Shown one piece after another: positions 33,112 to 44,100 of a DNA stretch of 64,000 bases; the stretch's first letter is position 1, and each line of letters starts with the position of its first letter. The DNA lies in NCBI GenBank assembly GCA_042408215.1, contig JAYFMW010000003.1:64001-128000 (forward strand), in the 5' to 3' direction. The translations under genes and the position numbers were made by a program. Under the pieces are notes generated by a model, which was given only the letters and a program-made list of their open reading frames with translations, searched no databases and was not told the origin of the DNA. The stretch comes from Microcoleus sp. GTDB taxonomy: Bacteria; Cyanobacteriota; Cyanobacteriia; Cyanobacteriales; Microcoleaceae.

Positions 33112-33220
33112 TACAGCGAAAACCGCTGTTATGAGGTACACCCACTTATCGTTCAATCCTCCTAGGGACACTCCAAGAGCCGTGTCCCTACCGTGTTTCA
33201 TAACAGCGGGAACTGCTGTA
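33112..33220 (+). mobile_element. ~109-bp MITE with TACAGC...GCTGTA ends, copy 1
   Basis: Terminal inverted repeats bounded by TA and an internal TAGGGACAC...GTGTCCCTA palindrome. An inverted copy lies at 38628-38736. Confidence 0.75.
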
Positions 33221-33509
33221 TCGTTTACGGTTGCACCGGAATGATTTAACTCTTCTAGGGCGCAGAGGGCGCAGAGTCTCCAGAAGAGAGAGATGAATAA
33301 TTCCGATCCCAACGGATTTGAGATCAGAGGGAAGGCACTCTCAGAGATTTTGACAGGGATACACGGATTAATTATCGAGGGTGAATCAGATGTTGAAGTC
33401 AGAAGTCAGAAGTCAGAAAAATAATTCAACTTTTTAAATTGCCCAATTCCCCATTCCCAATTCCCCATTCCCAATTCTCCATTCTCCATTCCCCATCCCC
33501 CCGCTCGGA

Positions 33510-34247
33510 TCAATTGTATTTAACTTTATACATTTGGAACAGTTCGCCGCTCTGCTTTTTGACTATTTTAGCGCCAGCATTTTTAATCAATTTTTCCCAG
33601 TCTTCAATTGTCTCTAAAAATACTTCGCCGGCTCGATAAGTTTCTAAAATTGCCCAATCTTCCGCGAGGGGAGCTTCGGGGTTGAGGACATCAAAAACTA
33701 AGTGACCTTCTGGTTTTAAAACTCGCTTGACTTCTCCCATGACTATCTTCCAATAGTCGATCGGAAAATAACAACTAAAGCCTGTAGCTATGCACAAATC
33801 GAACTGAGCCTCCTCATAATTCAATTGGTGAGCGGGGGCCCATTCTACGCCTTTAAACAGCTTAGAATTGAGCTGAGGGCCGCGAGCGTTCAAGGCGTCT
33901 CTGGCGGCGCTGCTGATTTCCTGACCGTAAAAAAATGCTTCCCAGTCTCGCCAAGGGTAGATTAAAAAGCTGACTCCGCAGCCCAGATCTAAACAGCGCT
34001 GATTTTTTTGAGGTTTGGCAATTTGCCAGAAGGGAGAAACTGTTTTAGCTTGCAGAGTGCCCGCGACTGATTCCCGAAATATCGGCATTGCTTCTACTTC
34101 TTCGGGTAAAGCGAAAGCTTCTCCTCGGTATTCGCGATCGAACCGGGAAGCAACCTGTGACAGTAAAACTTGCCAGCTATCTGATTTTCCCAGAGCAAAC
34201 CAAGTTTGCTCTGGGCCTGCTGCTGGACGTTCGGACTTTTTAGACAT
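33510..34247 (-). CDS. Class I SAM-dependent methyltransferase
   Basis: Motifs CLDLGCG and VKRVLKPEG. Confidence 0.85.
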   Translation of the reverse strand: MSKKSERPAAGPEQTWFALGKSDSWQVLLSQVASRFDREYRGEAFALPEEVEAMPIFRESVAGTLQAKTVSPFWQIAKPQKNQRCLDLGCGVSFLIYPWRDWEAFFYGQEISSAARDALNARGPQLNSKLFKGVEWAPAHQLNYEEAQFDLCIATGFSCYFPIDYWKIVMGEVKRVLKPEGHLVFDVLNPEAPLAEDWAILETYRAGEVFLETIEDWEKLIKNAGAKIVKKQSGELFQMYKVKYN

Positions 34248-34254
34248 TCTGGAA

Positions 34255-34452
34255 TTACCTTTTGGAGGCTTTGAGTGCCTTTGTAAAGTTTTCGCGATAG
34301 GGCTTATTAAAAATTAATGCTGGCCACAGCAGCGACAGCTTCAACCGATTTGGAAAACTTCTGTTGAAGTTGGTGCGATCGAAACCGTTCCAAAATTTCC
34401 AAATACCGCCGCCGTAAGCGATCAGCAATGCCAAGCTAATTAACGTACTCAT
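34255..34452 (-). CDS. Small hypothetical membrane protein
   Basis: 65 aa with hydrophobic segments, ending 7 nt before the methyltransferase ATG and preceded by an AGGGG ribosome-binding site. Confidence 0.7.
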   Translation of the reverse strand: MSTLISLALLIAYGGGIWKFWNGFDRTNFNRSFPNRLKLSLLWPALIFNKPYRENFTKALKASKR

Positions 34453-34859
34453 TTAAAAAACCCCTAAGCAATGGATAGGATTTTGGGTCAGCTCGTCAAA
34501 GCGTTACCCTTAATCTATCATTTCTCAGACCGAAAGCAATTTGGTCTCCAGCTCCCGGATTCATTCCTTCCTAGACTCGGACGGAGCCAGAAAACTGCTC
34601 CGCATCCCGATCGCCAGCCCCGCATTCATCCGTGGGCTGAATCTCAAATCTCAAATCTTAAATCGGCTGACGCTGACGCTGACTAATTTGAACAGCGATC
34701 GGTAGCACTCGCTACCGGGGATCAACTGGCTTCCCAAGATTTCGGAGACTCACGGATAATAATTAATTAAGAGCTGATAGCTGACGGCTGACCCAACAAT
34801 TTGAGATTTTCATTCGAGTTAAAAATAATTAGGAGTGCTTTTTAAGCCAGGAGGATTTT

Positions 34860-37403
34860 ATGCGTGCAGTGCTGATGGCTGGGGGGTCGGGAACGAGGCT
34901 CAGACCCCTGACTTGCGATTTGCCCAAACCGATGGTCCCAATTTTAAATCGCCCGATCGCAGAACACATTATCAATTTGCTCAAAAGGCATGATATTACG
35001 GAAATTATTGCCACACTGCACTATCTTCCCGATGTCATGCGCGAATACTTTGGTGACGGCAGCGAGTTTGGCGTCCAAATGACTTACGCTGTAGAGGAAG
35101 ACCAACCTCTCGGCACCGCAGGCTGTGTCAAAAATATTGCGGAATTGCTCGATCGAACTTTCCTGGTAATTAGTGGCGACAGTATCACAGATTTCGACTT
35201 GACGGCTGCTCTGCAATTTCACCGCAGCCAGGAATCCAAAGCCACGTTAATTTTAACTCGCGTTCCCAACCCGATGGAATTCGGAGTGGTGATTACCGAC
35301 GAAAATTACCGGATCGGTCGCTTTCTGGAAAAGCCCTCCAGCAGCGAAATTTTCTCCGATACTGTCAATACCGGCATCTACATTTTAGAACCGGAAGTCT
35401 TGGACTACCTGCCGGCCACTCAAGAGTGCGATTTCTCAAAAGACTTGTTTCCCTTGCTGCTGGAAAAAGGCGAGCCGATGTATGGCTACATCGCCGAGGG
35501 TTACTGGTGCGATGTCGGCCAGCTAGATGTCTACCGAGAAGCTCAGTACGATGCTCTCCAGTCCAAGGTCAAACTGGATTTGAGCTACTACGACCAAGTG
35601 CAATCGGGAATATGGGTGGGTCAGAATACTTTTATTGACGATAGCGCGATCGTGGAAGTACCCGCCATGATCGGCAACAACTGCCGCATTGGAGCTAGAG
35701 TCAAAATCGAAGCTGGTACCGTGATCGGAGATAACGTCACCGTCGGCGCCGACGCCAACCTCAAACGTCCTATAGTCTGGAACGGAGCAATTATCGGCGA
35801 AGACGCTCATCTCAGGGCCTGCGTGATTTGTCGGAGCACCCGCGTAGACAGGCGCGCTCACATATTGGAAGGTGCTGTTGTGGGTTCGATGTCAATCGTC
35901 GGAGAAGAAGCGCAAGTCGGGCCAAGCGTCCGCGTCTGGCCGAGCAAAAATATTGAATCCGGCGCTTTGTTAAATCATAATTTAATTTGGGGAGAGCAAG
36001 CTAAGCGGAATTTGTTTGGTCAGCGGGGCGTTCAAGGACTGGCAAATATTGATATTACCCCGGAATTTGCGGTGAAATTGGGCGCGGCTTACGGCTCGAC
36101 TTTGAAACCGGGGTCTTCGGTATCGGTTTCTCGCGATCAGCGGAGCATTTCGCGGATGGTTTCTAGGTCCTTGATTGCTGGTTTGATGTCCGTGGGAATT
36201 AGTGTGGTCAATTTGGAATCGACGGCAATTCCGATCGCGCGATCGGTTTCATGTACTTTATCAGTGGCTGGCGGCATTCACGTTCGCATTTCGCCCGATC
36301 GTTCCGACCACATTTTAATTGAATTCTTCGATATCAAAGGCATCAATATTACTAAAGCGGTGGAGAAGAAAATCGAGGGCGCTTATTTTAAGGAAGATTT
36401 GCGACGGGCGCTAATTCCTGAAATTGGGGAAATGTCGTACTTTGACCAATCTCTTGAGGTTTACTCCCGCACCTTTGAGCGGCAGATGAATGTTGACGCA
36501 ATTCGCTACAGCAATTCTAAGGTGGTAATCGATTACGTTTACGCGGTTTCCGGGGCATTTCTGCCACAAATACTGGCTAAGTTTGGCTGCGATGCGGTGG
36601 TGCTCAATGCCAGTCTCAAACAAAGTTCTCTGAGCCACGGGGAGCGGGAATATTTGCTCGACCAACTCGGCCGGGTGGTGAAAGCTCTCAGCGCTAATTT
36701 TGGGGTGCAAGTTTCAGCCAATGGCGAACAGCTAATTTTGGTAGACGAATCTGGAATAGCGATTCGGGGGGAAATGCTGACGGCGCTGATGGTAAATTTG
36801 ATGCTGACTTCTCATCCCAGAGGTACAGTGGTAGTACCAGTAAATGCCTCTTCTGCGGTAGAGGCGATCGCCCGTCGCTACCAAAGCAAGGTCATCCGCA
36901 CTAAGGCGAACCCAACTGCTTTGATGGAAGCCGCTCACGGGAATCCTAATGTGGTTTTGGGCGGCAGTGGCAATATGGGTTTTATTTTCCCACAATTGCA
37001 TCCCGGATTTGACGGTATGTTCTGCATTGCTAAAGTGATCGAAATGATGACGATTCAGGAGCGATCGCTCGGACAAATTAAGGCTGAACTTCCCCGCGTC
37101 ACTCACCGCAGTTACAGCGTCCGTTGTCCTTGGATGGTCAAGGGTTCGCTGATGCGATATTTAGTAGAAACTCATTCGCCCGATCGTCTAGAATTAGTAG
37201 ATGGAGTCAAGATTTTCAACTATGACAATGACAATTGGATATTAGTTTTGCCCGATGCTAGCGAACCCATCGTGCACATCTTCGCCAACAGCGACGACCG
37301 AGATTGGGTAGCTGAAACTTTGAAGGAGTACCGCGCCCTTGTCCACGATTTTGTCACCAAAACTGAGGCTGCGGTGCGCCAAAATAAATTAGGTAATGGG
37401 TAA
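34860..37403 (+). CDS. Mannose-1-phosphate guanylyltransferase / phosphohexomutase-like fusion
   Basis: Motifs [16 protein letters not shown] and PLGTAG, hexapeptide repeats, and a PGM/PMM-like C-terminus (LFGQRGVQG). Confidence 0.9.
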   Translation: MRAVLMAGGSGTRLRPLTCDLPKPMVPILNRPIAEHIINLLKRHDITEIIATLHYLPDVMREYFGDGSEFGVQMTYAVEEDQPLGTAGCVKNIAELLDRTFLVISGDSITDFDLTAALQFHRSQESKATLILTRVPNPMEFGVVITDENYRIGRFLEKPSSSEIFSDTVNTGIYILEPEVLDYLPATQECDFSKDLFPLLLEKGEPMYGYIAEGYWCDVGQLDVYREAQYDALQSKVKLDLSYYDQVQSGIWVGQNTFIDDSAIVEVPAMIGNNCRIGARVKIEAGTVIGDNVTVGADANLKRPIVWNGAIIGEDAHLRACVICRSTRVDRRAHILEGAVVGSMSIVGEEAQVGPSVRVWPSKNIESGALLNHNLIWGEQAKRNLFGQRGVQGLANIDITPEFAVKLGAAYGSTLKPGSSVSVSRDQRSISRMVSRSLIAGLMSVGISVVNLESTAIPIARSVSCTLSVAGGIHVRISPDRSDHILIEFFDIKGINITKAVEKKIEGAYFKEDLRRALIPEIGEMSYFDQSLEVYSRTFERQMNVDAIRYSNSKVVIDYVYAVSGAFLPQILAKFGCDAVVLNASLKQSSLSHGEREYLLDQLGRVVKALSANFGVQVSANGEQLILVDESGIAIRGEMLTALMVNLMLTSHPRGTVVVPVNASSAVEAIARRYQSKVIRTKANPTALMEAAHGNPNVVLGGSGNMGFIFPQLHPGFDGMFCIAKVIEMMTIQERSLGQIKAELPRVTHRSYSVRCPWMVKGSLMRYLVETHSPDRLELVDGVKIFNYDNDNWILVLPDASEPIVHIFANSDDRDWVAETLKEYRALVHDFVTKTEAAVRQNKLGNG

Positions 37404-37604
37404 TGGGTAATGGGTAATGGGTAATGGGTAATTGTTGACGGTTGACGGTTGACGGTTGTCAATTGTCATTAGTTACCAATTCCCAATTCCCAATTCCCAA
37501 TTCCCAATTCCCAATTCCCAATTCCCAATTCCCGATGCCCAATTCCCAATTCCCAATTCCCAACTCCCAATTCCCAATTCCCAACTCCCAATACCCAATT
37601 CCCA
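37391..37604. repeat. STRR tracts (GGTAATG, GTTGACG, AATTCCC)
   Basis: Consecutive heptamer arrays between the two genes. Confidence 0.95.
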
Positions 37605-37611
37605 TTACGTT

Positions 37612-38169
37612 ATGAATAGCTTCATTTTGATGGCGGAAATAATTCAACAACCGCAACTCCGTTATACTCCAGACAATCAACTTCAGATAGCTGAAATGCT
37701 GGTGCAGTTTCCAGGCCCAAAACCAGAAGATCCACCGGAACATTTGAAGGTGATAGGATGGGGCAATTTGGCAGTGGAAATTCACGATAAATATCACGAG
37801 GGCGATCGCGTGATTATTGAAGGCCGACTGGGCATGAATACGATCGAAAGAGATGGTATTAAAGAAAAGCGTGCTGAACTCACAGCTCAAAAAATTTATA
37901 GTCTCGACGCCAATGCAATGAGTTCGGTTCCTGCAAGTAGAACCATCTCGGAACCAGCTCAAATTCGCGACATTGCGCCTCCGACAGTGCCTAGCAATGT
38001 GGTACCTTTAGGCTCCCGAAACCGCAGTTCTAGCAGCGCTCCAGGAGGCGCTAACCGCACTTCTAGCTCTGATTGGAACTCCCATCAGTCTCCAAATTCA
38101 GAGTCCGATCGCCCGTCAACTTCCTCTAAGGAAGCTGACAACCCCGATTACGATCCAATTCCGTTTTAA
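37612..38169 (+). CDS. ssb: Single-stranded DNA-binding protein
   Basis: OB-fold motifs MN...PQLRYT, WG.LA and G..VIIEGRL, with an acidic DPIPF tail. Confidence 0.88.
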   Translation: MNSFILMAEIIQQPQLRYTPDNQLQIAEMLVQFPGPKPEDPPEHLKVIGWGNLAVEIHDKYHEGDRVIIEGRLGMNTIERDGIKEKRAELTAQKIYSLDANAMSSVPASRTISEPAQIRDIAPPTVPSNVVPLGSRNRSSSSAPGGANRTSSSDWNSHQSPNSESDRPSTSSKEADNPDYDPIPF

Positions 38170-38275
38170 CTCACATCACCATTCTCCATCAGCCTTTCAT
38201 AGCAAATCCGGTTGCATCGGAATGATTAAACCGCGAAGACGCGAAGAGCGCGAAGGAAGAACAGAATCTGCTTAT

Positions 38276-38570
38276 AAGAAATACCCTGAAAACCCTGCGA
38301 CTTTAGTCCAGGGATGAAAGGGCGTTGCAGGATTTATCCTGCCTGCCCCATCTTGACAAACCGATTTTGGTTTGATCGAGTTGTTGAAACCTAGTTGGTG
38401 AAAAACCCGACAGTTGCAAGCCGTTAGACACCAAAGTAGCCATAGACTCAGCAACTCGCTGTGTGGGTAGCGGGTATCTGACTTACCCTTTAAGAACCGA
38501 AGTTTGGGTGGATTCATCCCCCAAAGTTTGTCCTTAAGAATCCCCGCGTCTTCAGACCGGGGAGTGTCAA
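38276..38570 (+). mobile_element. ~295-bp non-autonomous IS200/IS605 derivative
   Basis: Left end TTAT|AAGAAATACCCTGAAAACCCTGCGACTTTAGTCCAGGG; right end AAGAATCCCCGCGTCTTCAGACCGGGGAGTGTCAA. Confidence 0.8.
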
Positions 38571-38627
38571 TTCTCTTTCTTCGTGTTCGCGTGCCTCGCG
38601 GTTCATTTAATCTTACGACCTATTAGT

Positions 38628-38736
38628 TACAGCAGATTCCACACTTATGAAGTACGGTAGGGACACGGCTCTTGGAGTGTCCCTAGGAGGGTTGATCGAT
38701 AAGTTGGTGTACCTCATAACAGCGGAAACCGCTGTA
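38628..38736 (-). mobile_element. ~109-bp MITE, copy 2
   Basis: Reverse-complement relative of 33112-33220. Confidence 0.75.
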
Positions 38737-38945
38737 TTATTCCGATGCAACCGGAATTGAGATCGCGGGCGGGCTCTCCAGCCCCCCCCACAAGAAAACT
38801 CAGTCTTTGTGGAACAGGCATCTTGCCTGTTCTTGAGTAAGCTTTTGATGGGCGAGCAAGGATGGTTGGGATATTCTTAATCGCTGAAACTATGACGATT
38901 ATTGCTTCTTCCTTCTTCCGACTTCCATCAGACTGCTTCCTTCTC

Positions 38946-39626
38946 CTATAATTCTGCCCGCACAATTTCCACCCCAAACACTTCTGCAAACTCAGCCACA
39001 ACGATCGCCCGAACGCGATCGACCCCTATTCCCGGAATAAACTGCTCCAAACTCCCCACAGGTCGATCGGGAATCCCGCAAGGTACAATCTGCCCAAAAC
39101 CTTCGAGATTCGGACAAACATTTAAGGCAAAACCGTGCATAGTAATCCAGCGGCTGACCTTAATCCCGATCGCACCTACTTTCCGCCCATCCACCCAAAC
39201 ACCAGTCATACCCGGAACCCGTGCCCCCTTCAGCCCCAAAACATCCAACACCCTCAGCAGCACTTCCTCCAACTGTCGCAAATACCAATGCAAATCCTGC
39301 TGATGACGGCGCAAATTTAAAATCGGATAGCCCACCAATTGACCCGGACAATGGTAAGTCACCTCACCACCCCGTTCAACTCGGTGCAATTGGGGCCCAG
39401 TTTCGCCCTGGTCAAATTTCACAAATTCCAACTTCGCTCCCTGTCCCAAGGTGTAAACCGGCGGATGTTCCAGTAAAATTAGGACATCGGGCAAATCTGG
39501 ATTGTCACGACGCTCTAGCACTAGCTTTTGCTGAGCTTCCCAAGCTTTGGAGTAGGGGACAAGTCCCCAGTCAAGGAGCCAGCAGGGCTGAGGGATCAGA
39601 GGTTTAGGGAGGATAGTGGAAATCAT
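38946..39626 (-). CDS. lipB: Octanoyltransferase LipB
   Basis: Motifs [38 protein letters not shown] and IVPCG. Confidence 0.96.
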   Translation of the reverse strand: MISTILPKPLIPQPCWLLDWGLVPYSKAWEAQQKLVLERRDNPDLPDVLILLEHPPVYTLGQGAKLEFVKFDQGETGPQLHRVERGGEVTYHCPGQLVGYPILNLRRHQQDLHWYLRQLEEVLLRVLDVLGLKGARVPGMTGVWVDGRKVGAIGIKVSRWITMHGFALNVCPNLEGFGQIVPCGIPDRPVGSLEQFIPGIGVDRVRAIVVAEFAEVFGVEIVRAEL

Positions 39627-39777
39627 GGAAAAAAATCTAGAGTGTTTTTACGGAATATTGACGCAGTGAAAATCAAGAATTGTCAACAGATCAAAAAGAT
39701 TTTGAAAATAAGTGTTTTGTAGCATACAAAGTGCTATTGTATAAACTATACCCACGTTAGAGAAGGGAGGGAGCTCT

Positions 39778-40431
39778 ATGAAGCTTGTTATCCAGGGTAA
39801 AAATATAGAAATCACCGATGCGATTCGCGATTACGTCAATCAAAAGGTTGAAAAGGCGGTTAGCCATTTTCAAAATTTGACTACGGAAGTGGACATACAT
39901 CTATCGGTGGCTCGTAACCCCAGGATCAATCCTAAGCAGACTGCTGAGGTGACAATTTATGCTAACGGCAGCGTAATTCGGGCTGAAGAAAGCACGGAAA
40001 GCCTTTATGCCAGCATAGATTTGGTTGCCGACAAGATTGCTCGTCAATTGCGGAAATTTAAGGAAAAACGTCAGGACAACAAAACCAATAGCAACGCCAA
40101 AATCGTAGCTGTGGTGGAAGAGCATCCTGTGGCGGCGGATTTGATTGGCGATCGAACTCCCGAACTTCCAGCCGAGGTGGTGCGGACAAAATATTTTGCC
40201 ATGCCTCCGATGACTGTCCAAGAAGCTTTAGAACAATTGCAGATTATCGACCACGATTTTTATATGTTCCGCAATGCGGAAACTGACGAAATCAACGTGC
40301 TTTACGAACGCAAGAGTCACGGTGGCTATGGAGTGATCCAACCCCGCAACGCCAATGGCAACAGTAATAGTAAGAACGGCAAAACTGCCCAAAGCGCTTC
40401 ACCGGAAAAATCAAGTGTTGCGAAGACTTAG
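39778..40431 (+). CDS. hpf: Ribosome hibernation factor, long HPF / LrtA
   Basis: Motifs [31 protein letters not shown] and a C-terminal PMTVQEA..DHDFY. Confidence 0.95.
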   Translation: MKLVIQGKNIEITDAIRDYVNQKVEKAVSHFQNLTTEVDIHLSVARNPRINPKQTAEVTIYANGSVIRAEESTESLYASIDLVADKIARQLRKFKEKRQDNKTNSNAKIVAVVEEHPVAADLIGDRTPELPAEVVRTKYFAMPPMTVQEALEQLQIIDHDFYMFRNAETDEINVLYERKSHGGYGVIQPRNANGNSNSKNGKTAQSASPEKSSVAKT

Positions 40432-40618
40432 ATAATTGCTATTAGCAAAGAGAGGACTAAAGTTATTACTACAAACCATAGGTTCGTAGTGAAGACTGAA
40501 ATCCTCTCTTTGCCTTACTCTACCTCTTCTCTTCCTCTGTGTTCTCTGCGCTCTCTGCGGTTAAATCATTCCGATCTAATCATAAACGATATGACTTTTG
40601 AAACCTGAAACAGCCCAT

Positions 40619-41077
40619 CTAACTTTTAATAGTTTCCAAAGTTTTGAGCGCTTCTGCAACGTGAGCTTTGAAATCCAACATCGAGTCAAAGATATGTTTG
40701 ACAACACCTTGTTTGTCAATCACATAAGTTACTCTACCGGGCATAATCCACAGTGTAGCTGGAACGCCGTATAATTGACGAACTTTGTTGCCAGTATCGC
40801 TCAAAAGTGTAAAAGGTAACTGATTTTTGGTGACAAATTTCTGGTGAGACTGCTGAGAATCTTCGCTAATCCCAATTACTTCTGCACCTGCGTCTTTGAA
40901 AACTTCGTAACTATCTCGAAAGGCACAAGCTTGTGTTGTGCATCCGGGGGTGTCGTCTTTGGGATAGAAGTAGACGATAACGTTTTTTTGTCCCTTAAAA
41001 TCTTTGAGGCTGACTGATGAGCCGGTTTGAGATGATAAGGTGAAATCCGGTGCGATATCTCCTACTTTGACTGTCAT
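40619..41077 (-). CDS. bcp: Peroxiredoxin Q / BCP
   Basis: Motif YFYPKDDTPGCTTQACAFRD, with the start at MTVKVGD. Confidence 0.93.
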   Translation of the reverse strand: MTVKVGDIAPDFTLSSQTGSSVSLKDFKGQKNVIVYFYPKDDTPGCTTQACAFRDSYEVFKDAGAEVIGISEDSQQSHQKFVTKNQLPFTLLSDTGNKVRQLYGVPATLWIMPGRVTYVIDKQGVVKHIFDSMLDFKAHVAEALKTLETIKS

Positions 41078-41174
41078 ATTTTTTGAAGTGAGTTTTGTTG
41101 CTTTTTGGTTATTATACAGTAGTTGGCGGAAGAGGATTTTTAACCGCAGATGCACGCAAATTAACGCAGATGAG

Positions 41175-44100
41175 TTAATTGGCATCTTTTGATAAAATTA
41201 GATTGAGCACGTTCAACTCGTTGGAGCTCATCAGATACTTATCTGTGAACATTTTGGCGCGACTTTGTTCTAAACTGTAGCTTCTAAATACAATGAATGG
41301 GAAGTCTTTGTACTTGTGTCCGATCGGCATTACACTATCTACAGGATAGAGCGATCGCATATAAGCCGACAAAATATCCCGAAACCGCCTGTCTTCCGGT
41401 TCTTCCAGCCCGCTGTCAGCAAAATACTCCTGCATTTCCTCCCCGCTGATGAAAGCAAATAGTGGTATGGCATAATAGCGATCGAACTGTTGGCTGAGTT
41501 GTTCAAAATACTGAGTTTTTTCCACATCGTTATTGAGAAATTGCAATAACTCGATCGCACCTCCTCTTATAGCCGATATTACATTTTCCGGGGACGACTT
41601 GCTATCCCTGATGCGATACATTTTTTGCAGCAACTTCTTCTCTAGACATTCCTTAATTTCCCGATGTAGTCGCATCTGGTAGTTTTCCAGCAAACTTTGA
41701 TTAGCCAGAGGTACTACCAACAAACTACCACAAACATGACCAATCTCTAAATTATCATAACTCAGCAAACCTGCAAGAGGATTGCACTTTTCCAAAAACT
41801 TCTTGTTAAAATCATCTCGCATTTCCAGGTAAGAATCGCCCTTGTGACGCGAGTTATCAGAATTTGTCAAAACAAACTCCCCACGCCCCAAAAGCTCTTC
41901 TAGACTCGTATAAACCTCCTTGAGCAAACTATTTCCTCTGATGCTTTCGCTCTTTAGCGTTTTAATTAGAGAAGCCATCTTGTTACTAAATGTATCTCCC
42001 ACGGCGGAAACCGACTTACCGCCAATGGGAATCATCAAAAACTTGTCCCTACCTAAATAACCATATCCCGAAATTCGCGTCATCACCGCAGTCTTCAGAA
42101 TTAGCAGTAAATTCAACAAACTCAACTTACTTTCTTGTAAGGAAAGTTCTGCATCTGCATCATCAGCGTAATAAACCGCTGTATAAGACACGTAAAAAAG
42201 CAATTCTTTGTCTTCACCATCAAGGGTTTTACCATATTTATCTTCGCCGCGCCCCCGATAAATCACCTGTATCACTTCCATCAGATTTTTCTCAATCTGG
42301 AAGCGGGGAATATCCACTAAAATATGCTTAGTTTTCGGGAAAGACAAGCCGCGACTTCCCGATGCTGTCATAAAGATTACTTGAGCTGTATCTTTGCATT
42401 CTTGTATTTTTTCTTTCTCCTCTTCCGAGATATTTGCATGAATTTCTAGATAATCGGTAAACTGATTAAATTCTCGTTCTTTTTGAATTTTCTCAATCAA
42501 TTCTGCCAATCTTTGCTTGTTTTGAATGTATACTATAATTTGTTCTACACCGGGGATGGCTAATCGCTGATTGATATCCTGAATTATTTCTGATTGTACC
42601 CGGCTTACTAAATTACTATTCTCCTTTAAAGACGCATTTTCATTGTATTTAACAGTTTCTACAAATACCTTGTAAGTTATTTCTAAACTGCGGGCTGGGT
42701 AGGAATTCGCATTAATCACCGTTGCGGCTAGCTTCTTGAATTCAAAAGGAGTGACTTGTAGTGGTTCAATTACATCTGAATTTTTAGGTAACTTCTTGAA
42801 ATAGATTTTATCCGGTTCCGGTGACGTGTTTTCAAGGTGTTGTTTAATCACATCCGAGTCAACAATCGAAGCATCTGCTACAATAATTTTAGTATTAAAA
42901 CCGTGTTTTGCCTCGTGCAATTCATGATTTTTAACAATCTTAGAAATGCCCGCTAAAAACTCAACCCCACCGTCATCTCCTGTAATTTCATCTATCATGA
43001 TGAAAATATGTTTTATGCGGCTGGATATTTCTTGCATCTTAGCGGGAATGACTCTTTTTTCTCGTTTGTTATAAGTATCTTGAAATATCTGTTCTAAATA
43101 ATCAAGGGTACTTTGTCTATTTTCTTTCATCCTTAAAGATTGGATAGAAACCGTAGCTACAATATTGTTAGAAATCTTACAGTTGATCAGGCTATAAATT
43201 CCATTACAAATACTATTTAGCACTCCCATAGTTTTGAGGCTAGCTGGTTCAATTACGGTTTCATTCTTTCTGGCAATTTCTCGCTGGTGGTATTCTTTTA
43301 CCTGAACTTCGGGATTGTCTTTAAGAAAATGAACTGTTTTTTGTTCAAAGTTTTTATCATGACTATTCGAGATATACTTGACTGTGCGCTTTCCCGAATA
43401 GCTGGCGATAATATCGGAGTTTGTGTTAATACAGAATAGCCGATTATCGCACAGCAAACCAGTATTCTTATCTTTGAATTTTTCGATGATATCTAAGTTT
43501 ACTTGCTTGCGGGGACTGACGTATAAGAATAAGAAACCGTCGTTTATATGTGTTTTCAGGAAATTTGCGATCGCAGTTGTTTTCCCAATTCCCGGATTTC
43601 CAGTCAAAAAGATATAAGTTTCATCGGATTGAAGCGCTTTCACAATCAATTGGGCGTGAGCATTTCTCAAATGCAAACCGCGATTTATTTGCAATTTATC
43701 TGCCAGCTTATCTGATATGATATCAATAGAATTCACAAAATCCTCGATTTTTTCTGTATGACATACAGGTTTAGTAAGATTTTTATCAATTGCTAACAGA
43801 GAATCGACAAACTTTCGCCCTCCTTGGAAACTGCGAGCCGCGTTGAGTTGAATTACATCCAAGACTTCGCTGCGAGAGTCACTAATTTCTTTTTTGGTAT
43901 GTTTATTTTTATAAATTTGGGCACAAGTTGCTAATAACTTGAGTTTGTCCTGGCGTAGGGAAATTGTGCTAATATTGCGATCGCCATAACCCACCACATT
44001 AAACAAAACCTCAGCATCTTGTCCAAGGATACCAGTTTGTTGCAGAAATCCATAGAAACTGTGAGCATAGCTACCAGCCTGAATTAACTTCGTGCTTTCC

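Noticed and set aside
37456..37611. N-terminal FPIPNSQ extension of SSB
   Set aside because: It arises from an upstream STRR; MNSFIL at 37612 is the typical SSB start.
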